This document shows positions 58,112-64,000 of a DNA stretch of 64,000 nt, piece by piece. The DNA is from an uncultured Bacillota bacterium (GTDB taxonomy: Bacteria; Bacillota; DTU025; MWDF01), in contig CAWGMK010000010.1 of assembly GCA_963823655.1 (NCBI GenBank), forward strand, positions 416,001 to 480,000. Direction: 5' to 3'. Under the pieces are notes generated by a model. The model was given only the letters and a program-made list of their open reading frames with translations. It did not search any database and had not been told where the DNA came from. Position numbers and translations under genes: made by a program. Position 1 is the stretch's first letter, and each line of letters starts with the position of its first letter.

Positions 58112-59227
58112 AGATCAAAAAGCTTGTAATAAACGGATATTACGGATTGGGCAATGCAGGAGACGAGGCAGTCCTTGCAAGCGCCCTCAACGAGATAAAG
58201 TCCGTTAAGGCCGGACATTGAGGTTACGGTCCTTTCTGGAGATCCTTCGTCCACCACCGAAAGGTATGGCGTTGATTCGGTCCAAAGGAAGAGCTTCGCC
58301 GCCCTGAAGGCCATACGCTCTGCGGACCTCTACGTATCGGGAGGAGGAAGCCTGCTGCAGGATACAACGTCTGCGGCATCCATACTCTACTACCTGGTAA
58401 TGATGTTCGCCTCAAGGCTTCTTGGAACGCGCTATGCGATTTACGCAAACGGAGTGGGGCCGATAAGAAGGGGCTGGGCAAGGGGGCTTACCAGGATGGC
58501 GGTGGAGGGCGCTTCCAGCGTTAGCGTGCGCGATGCCGGCTCTATGAGGCTTCTTGAGGACATTGGGGTGCAAAGGGAGGATATCGTCCTCACCTCGGAC
58601 CCGGTCTTCACGATGAAAGGCGCCCCAAAAGACGCTGTGCTTGGCGAGATTGAGCGCGTCGCAGGAAGGAAAGCTGCAAAATTCGCGGAGCAGGGCGCAG
58701 GCAGGCTTGCCATATTCTCACTTAGGGAGTGGGCAGGGCTTGAAAACGGCATCCCGGCCCTGTGCGAGATGTCCTCTATTCTTAAAGATGCAGGTTTCCT
58801 GCCCATAGGATTGGCCTTCCAGCCGGGGCTGGACGAGGCGCCGCTCAAAAAGATTGCGACAGCTTGCGGGGGGGATGCGCCGATCATCCCCTGTGACTTC
58901 CATCCTGAGGTGACGGCGGGCATATTCAAAATGGCGGGGATTACGGTCGGCATGAGGCTCCATAGCCTGATAATGTCGGCGTCCGCCGGAGTGCCGGCTC
59001 TTGGCATAAGCTATGACCCGAAGGTGGATTTGCTGTTCGAGATGTTGCCCCTTGGCAGGTGCGTGAAGGTCCAAGATCTGAAAAACGAGGGGCCGTCGCA
59101 GCTTAGAGAGCTCATCGGCGAGCTAGCTGAGCAGAGCAGGAGGCTAATGGCGACGCTTGCCTCCGTACAAGACAGGGCATCGGACACCGTAGGTTTCATG
59201 CTCAGGAAGGCGGAAGAGGGAAGATGA
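58108..59227 (+). CDS. csaB: Polysaccharide pyruvyltransferase CsaB (frameshift near 58206; 5' part absent from the ORF track)
   Basis: Manual translation from ATG 58108 gives INGYYGLGNAGDEAVL; then SGGGSLLQDTTS, NGVGP, SVRD, GMRLHSLI, YDPKV. Confidence 0.9.
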
Positions 59228-59982
59228 GCTTGAAGTCTGCGGCAAGAGGAAAGCTCTTCGGCATGGGTGTAGATATAATTAGCCTGGATGAAGCATCGAA
59301 AATGGGCATGGCGCTAATCGGGGGCGACGGCGGCTATATAGTAACGATAAACCCCGAGATGTGCATGAAATCCCTGGATGATGCACCATTCAAGGAGGCG
59401 GTCCAGAAGGCTTCCATCGTGGTGCCGGACGGCGCCGGAGCAGTGTGGGCCCTTAAAAAGCTGGGCTACTCGGCAGCCGAGAAAGTGCCCGGCATAGAGC
59501 TTGCAGAATCGCTCATCGCCGAGTGCGCAAAATCAGGCGTTAGCGTCTTCATGATAGGCGCAAAGCCGGGCGTTGCCGAAAGGGCGGCCTGCAAGCTGGT
59601 TTTGAAATACAAGGGGCTGAAGATCGCAGGCGTGCGCGACGGCTACTACAAGGCAGACGAGCTAGACGGGGCAATAGCCGCTTGCGTGGAATCAGGTGCG
59701 GGCCTTGCGCTTGTGGCAATGGGCGCGGGCAGGCAGGAGGACTTCATGAGGAGGGCCTGCCTAGTGAAAAAGGGGATCGCGATGATCGGCATCGGGGGAA
59801 GCTTCGATGTCTTCGCGGGCGACGTTAAAAGGGCGCCCCGCATATACAGGCAATTGAGCCTTGAGTGGCTGTACAGGGGGCTTTCGGACCTCGGCAGATT
59901 TAAGAGGCTTCTGAAGCTTCCCGCTTTCATGTTCACGGTTATTTCGAAGCCAAGGCTTGCCAGGGACGGGAGAGCAAACTGA
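59224..59982 (+). CDS. tagA: WecB/TagA/CpsF family glycosyltransferase (ManNAc transferase)
   Basis: IVTINPE, VPDGAG, KVPGIEL, DGYY, GIGGSFDVFAG, LEWLYR. Confidence 0.9.
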   Translation: MSLKSAARGKLFGMGVDIISLDEASKMGMALIGGDGGYIVTINPEMCMKSLDDAPFKEAVQKASIVVPDGAGAVWALKKLGYSAAEKVPGIELAESLIAECAKSGVSVFMIGAKPGVAERAACKLVLKYKGLKIAGVRDGYYKADELDGAIAACVESGAGLALVAMGAGRQEDFMRRACLVKKGIAMIGIGGSFDVFAGDVKRAPRIYRQLSLEWLYRGLSDLGRFKRLLKLPAFMFTVISKPRLARDGRAN

Positions 59983-59999
59983 ATCCGGAGGTGTTCATT

Positions 60000-60839
60000 T
60001 TGAAGGGACTTAGTGAGGCTCAGATTACGTTAATAAATAATAAGGCGCTGCTGATGAGGAGGGATATCCTCACGATGGTGTGCGGGGCGAGCTCCGGGCA
60101 CGTGGGAGGCTCCCTATCCGCCGCCGACATCATGGCGGTCCTGTATTTCCGCGAGATGAACGTAAATCCCGAAAACCCCAAGGATCCGGACCGGGACCGT
60201 TTCGTCCTCTCAAAGGGGCATGCCTCGCCCGCGCTGTATGCGGCCCTTGCAAGAAGGGGCTTTATGCCGCTGGAGGAGCTTCAAAGCTTCAGGAGCATAA
60301 ACTCCAGGCTCCAGGGGCATCCTTCCATGAAGGCGCTGCCGCTGGTAGAGATCTCGACGGGTTCTTTGGGCCAGGGCCTTTCCGCCGCAAACGGCATGGC
60401 GATAGCGGCGAGGATGGACAATAGGCCGAGCAGGGTTTATGCGATTGTGGGCGACGGCGAGCTGGAGGAGGGCCAGATTTGGGAGGCAGTGATGACCGCG
60501 TCCCATCACAAGCTCGATAACCTCGTTGCCGTTGTCGATTACAACGGCCTTCAGATCGACGGCAGGATAGAAGATGTCAAGTCGATTACGAACATCGCCG
60601 GCAGGTTCAGGGCCTTCGGCTGGCACGCGGTAGAAATCGACGGGCACGATGTCAAGCAGATTGCGGAGGCGTTCGACGAGGCGAGGGCCACCAAGGGCGT
60701 TCCGACCGCGATAATTGCCAAGACCTTGAAGGGCAAAGGGGTATCCTTCATGGAAAACCAGGCGTCATGGCACGGCACTGCACCGAAGCCGGAGCAGCTG
60801 GAGCAGGCTCTAGGCGAGCTTTTGGGAGAGGAGGCCTGA
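60000..60839 (+). CDS. Transketolase, N-terminal (TPP-binding) subunit
   Basis: SGHVGGSLS, RDRFVLSKGH, STGSLGQG, GDGELEEGQIWE. Confidence 0.95.
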   Translation: MKGLSEAQITLINNKALLMRRDILTMVCGASSGHVGGSLSAADIMAVLYFREMNVNPENPKDPDRDRFVLSKGHASPALYAALARRGFMPLEELQSFRSINSRLQGHPSMKALPLVEISTGSLGQGLSAANGMAIAARMDNRPSRVYAIVGDGELEEGQIWEAVMTASHHKLDNLVAVVDYNGLQIDGRIEDVKSITNIAGRFRAFGWHAVEIDGHDVKQIAEAFDEARATKGVPTAIIAKTLKGKGVSFMENQASWHGTAPKPEQLEQALGELLGEEA

Positions 60840-60841
60840 AG

Positions 60842-61804
60842 ATGGGAGAGCTTATCGCGACAAGGCAGGCATACGGCAAGGAGATAATCGAGATGGCGAA
60901 GGTGCATCCCGACATGGTAGTCATGGATGCGGACCTTTCCAAATCCACTCTGACATTGGAGTTTTCAAAGGCCTTCCCCGAGCGTTTCGTGCAGATGGGA
61001 ATTGCCGAACAGGATATGATGGCAACGGCCGCAGGCATGGCGACCATGGGCAAGAAGGTATTTGCGTCTACATTTGCGATATTCGCGGCCGGCAGGGCAT
61101 ACGACCAGGTCAGAAACTCCATCACCTACAACGGCCTCGATGTGAAGATATGCGCAACGCACGCCGGCCTTACTGTGGGCGAGGACGGCGCCTCGCATCA
61201 GATGATTGAGGACCTGGCGCTCATGAGGGTGCTGCCCAATATGACTGTGCTTTGCCCCTCAGACGCAAACTCAGCCAAGTGGGCCCTTAACGCGGCATAC
61301 GAGCACCACGGGCCGGTTTACATCAGGCTTGGCAGGGTCGCAGTGCCGGAGTATCATGAATTGACCGAGGGTTTTAAAATAGGAAAGGCCGTCAGGATGA
61401 AGAGGGGCAAAGACGTGTCCATCATGGCCTGCGGCATGCTCATCGGGCCGGCTTTGGAGGCTGTGGAGCTTCTTAAGGCAGAGGGCATCTCGGCGGGGCT
61501 TTTGGACATGATCACGATAAAACCCATTGATGTAGCCGCTGTGCTTGAAGACGCGGCCAACTGCGGGGCGATAGTGACTGCTGAGGAGCACAACATCATA
61601 GGGGGCCTGGGCGGCGCTGTGGCCGAAACGGTCACGAGCGCATACCCTGTGCCCGTCGTAAGAGTCGGGGTGAAGGACACCTTCGGGGAGTCCGGCAAGC
61701 CCGAGCAGCTGCTTAAAAAGTACGGTCTAGGGGCGATTGACATAGTTGAGGCCGCCAAAAAGGCAATAGGGCTAAAATCGGCAGCAGGGTTAGCCCGGAG
61801 GTGA
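60842..61804 (+). CDS. Transketolase, C-terminal subunit
   Basis: DADLSKST, GIAEQDM, GEDGASHQ, EEHNIIGGLG. Confidence 0.95.
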   Translation: MGELIATRQAYGKEIIEMAKVHPDMVVMDADLSKSTLTLEFSKAFPERFVQMGIAEQDMMATAAGMATMGKKVFASTFAIFAAGRAYDQVRNSITYNGLDVKICATHAGLTVGEDGASHQMIEDLALMRVLPNMTVLCPSDANSAKWALNAAYEHHGPVYIRLGRVAVPEYHELTEGFKIGKAVRMKRGKDVSIMACGMLIGPALEAVELLKAEGISAGLLDMITIKPIDVAAVLEDAANCGAIVTAEEHNIIGGLGGAVAETVTSAYPVPVVRVGVKDTFGESGKPEQLLKKYGLGAIDIVEAAKKAIGLKSAAGLARR

Positions 61805-61811
61805 AAGCGCT

Positions 61812-62507
61812 TTGATCCATCTAAAAGGGGTTGGCAAGATATTCAGCAGCACGGTTGTGGCACTTAGCGAAATCGACCTCGATATCAAAAGAGGGGATTT
61901 CGTCTTTCTTGTCGGCCCGTCAGGCGCCGGCAAATCCACCCTGCTTTCGATACTTTACAGGGGAGTGAAGCCCACAAGAGGGGCAGTCACGGTCAACGGC
62001 ATCGACGTCAAGGAGATGAGGCACGCTGACGTGCCCGAGTTCAGAAGGCACATAGGCGTCATATTCCAGGACTTCAAGCTTCTGCCCGACCGAAATGTGT
62101 TCAACAACGTGGCATTCGCCCTCGAGGTGATAGAAGCGCCGCCAAAGGACATAACAAGGCGGGTGGGCAAGGCGCTTGAGATGGTGGGGCTGACACAGAA
62201 GGCAAAGTCCAAGCCGTACCAGCTTTCAGGGGGAGAGCAGCAGAGGGTCTCCATTGCGAGAGCTATCGTCAACGACCCGATACTGGTGCTCGCTGACGAG
62301 CCGACCGGAAACCTCGACCCTGAGACCTCCAGGGATATCATGGAGCTTCTAAGCGACATCAACGAGCTGGGCTCGACCGTCGTTTGCGCCACTCATAACA
62401 AGTCGATAGTCGACGAGATGAGGCGGCGCGTCATAGAGATGGAGCACGGCAAGATAATACGCGACGAGAGAAGGGGAGTGTACAGCTTTGAGGGCCCGTT
62501 CAATTAA
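61812..62507 (+). CDS. ftsE: Cell division ATP-binding protein FtsE
   Basis: GPSGAGKST, GVIFQDFKLL, LSGGEQQRV, ADEPTGNLDP. Confidence 0.96.
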   Translation: MIHLKGVGKIFSSTVVALSEIDLDIKRGDFVFLVGPSGAGKSTLLSILYRGVKPTRGAVTVNGIDVKEMRHADVPEFRRHIGVIFQDFKLLPDRNVFNNVAFALEVIEAPPKDITRRVGKALEMVGLTQKAKSKPYQLSGGEQQRVSIARAIVNDPILVLADEPTGNLDPETSRDIMELLSDINELGSTVVCATHNKSIVDEMRRRVIEMEHGKIIRDERRGVYSFEGPFN

Positions 62508-63360
62508 GTTAATCGCGAGCCAGACCATGCGCGGGCTGCTGAGAAACTTCGCTTTCATGGCCCTTGTCATCGTCGCCGCCTGCATGTTCGTCCTCGGCTC
62601 CACATTCGCTGTGGCGCTTAATGTGACGAACATCGGGATACAGATGCAAAGACAGATCGAAGTGAAGGCCTATCTGGTTGAAGGCTACAAGAATACCTCA
62701 GCGCTCGCGGAAAAGATCAAGGCTATCCCCGGGGTCAAAGCCGCGATCTACGTTTCCAGCGACGATGCGTTGAAGAACATGTCAGAGGACTACCCGGACT
62801 ACCGCGAAGTAATCAAGGCACTGCCTGACAACCCGCTTCCCGCCTCATTCGACGTAAAGCTCTCCGATCCAAGGTCGGTAAAGGAGATTGCAGGCGCTGT
62901 AGAGGGGCTAGAAGGGGTGGAGGGCGTAAACTACGGCCAAAGCTATGTCGAGGGCCTCTCGCGCATGCTACAGGTATTGTGGTCGTTTACGGCGCTAATA
63001 CTAGTCGCCATGGCATTCGGAAGCGCTATAATCGTCAACAATACAATCGGCATCACCGTGACAGCAAGGAAGGCCGAGATCGAGATCATGAGGCTGGTAG
63101 GGGCATCCGACGGCTTCGTGAGGGCGCCTTTTGTGCTCGAAGGCATGACAATCGGCATAATAGGCAGCGCGCTTGCCGGCCTTGGCATCTATGCCGGCTA
63201 CGGCTACGCGATGAAATGGGTGCACGGCATCGCGCCGTTTATTCCGCTTGTAACATCGCCCTGGGCGAAATGGGGCCTGTTCATAGCGGTACTGACGCTC
63301 GGAGCAATACTTGGAGCGGGCGCCGGCGGCAACGCGACCAACAAATACCTGAAGGATTAG
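62488..63360 (+). CDS. ftsX: Cell division permease FtsX
   Basis: DNPLPASF, ARKAEIEIMRLVGASDGFVRAPFVLEG. Confidence 0.95.
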   Translation: MRARSIKLIASQTMRGLLRNFAFMALVIVAACMFVLGSTFAVALNVTNIGIQMQRQIEVKAYLVEGYKNTSALAEKIKAIPGVKAAIYVSSDDALKNMSEDYPDYREVIKALPDNPLPASFDVKLSDPRSVKEIAGAVEGLEGVEGVNYGQSYVEGLSRMLQVLWSFTALILVAMAFGSAIIVNNTIGITVTARKAEIEIMRLVGASDGFVRAPFVLEGMTIGIIGSALAGLGIYAGYGYAMKWVHGIAPFIPLVTSPWAKWGLFIAVLTLGAILGAGAGGNATNKYLKD

Positions 63361-63372
63361 GCGGAGGGCGCA

Positions 63373-64000
63373 ATGGTAAGGGGAAAAAGCCTGATGATAA
63401 GGTTCATCGTCGCAGCGGCGCTGCTTGCGCTGCTGTTGATGAGCTCTGCGTTTGCCGCCACGACGCCGACCGATACCGAAAAGGCGCTCGAGGACCTCAT
63501 GAAGGAGATAAACCAGACCAAGACAACGGTCAACAAATATAAGACGGAAGAGAAGAACGCGCTAAAGGCGCTCCAAAACGTCGAAAACGACCTGGCTAAC
63601 ACCAAATACAGGATCACAAAGGCCGAAAACGATATGGTCTACCTGCAAAACAGGCTCGTGACCGTCGGAAAAGAGCTTGCGGCCGCAGATGCCGCCCTGG
63701 AAGTCACCAGGAAGAGCTACTCCAAGACTGTGGAAAACCTCGAGGCGAAGCTCGTCGCCATATACAAGGCGGGAAGCCCCAAGTACATGGAGATGCTTTT
63801 CTCCTCCCAAAGCTTCACGGAGTTCATGAGCAAGTCCGACTACCTGAAGGCCATGGTGGACTACGACAAGTCAACCCTGGATACGCTGAAGGAAAAACAG
63901 GAGGAGCTCGCTAACAAGACGGAGGCTGCCCAGAAGAAGAAGGCCGAGCTGGAGAGGACCAAATCAGTGATATCGGCCCTGAAAACGCAGCTTGAGGCCG
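63373..64000 (+). CDS. EnvC/CwlO-like coiled-coil murein hydrolase activator (runs off the window)
   Basis: Manual translation: signal peptide MVRGKSLMIRFIVAAALLALLLMSSAFA, coiled coil, LVAIYKAGSPKYMEMLFSSQSFTEFMSK; follows ftsEX. Confidence 0.8.
   Translation, partial: MVRGKSLMIRFIVAAALLALLLMSSAFAATTPTDTEKALEDLMKEINQTKTTVNKYKTEEKNALKALQNVENDLANTKYRITKAENDMVYLQNRLVTVGKELAAADAALEVTRKSYSKTVENLEAKLVAIYKAGSPKYMEMLFSSQSFTEFMSKSDYLKAMVDYDKSTLDTLKEKQEELANKTEAAQKKKAELERTKSVISALKTQLEA

Noticed and set aside
60000-61804. Split transketolase as a broken gene
   Set aside because: Two-subunit transketolase is normal in Clostridia-like Firmicutes, and the second gene has its own SD and ATG.

Overview
A 64-kb, GC-rich bacterial chromosomal segment in which every credible gene lies on the + strand. 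The gene order is Bacillota-like (rpmE-tdk-prfA-prmC-sua5-rpiB-upp-murA; comF-hpf-secA-prfB-ftsEX), yet it carries an outer-membrane cluster: bamA, skp/ompH, lptF/G-lptD, lptC, lptA, lptB, DUF3084 and an SLH-anchored OmpM-type porin. The host is therefore inferred to be a diderm Firmicute. About ten genes, including essential aspS, are broken by single-base indels, mostly in short homopolymers. I read these as long-read assembly errors, not pseudogenes. Main observations: (1) a 2011-aa secreted TPR + Ig/FN3 protein with four 663-bp repeats, each displaying an inserted SVIITP peptide that also occurs in a neighbouring secreted DUF4384-PEGA protein, suggesting an undescribed scaffold/docking surface system; (2) a ~1200-aa OmpM with a ~570-aa coiled-coil stalk; (3) an apparent LptF/G-LptD polyprotein with an internal signal peptide, in an Lpt cluster lacking lpx genes; (4) an RpiB-Upp fusion, no atp operon at its usual site, a prfB without the programmed frameshift, and four SigH-like promoters. 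No tRNA, rRNA, CRISPR or mobile element was seen. All family calls come from motif recognition by eye, not from database searches.
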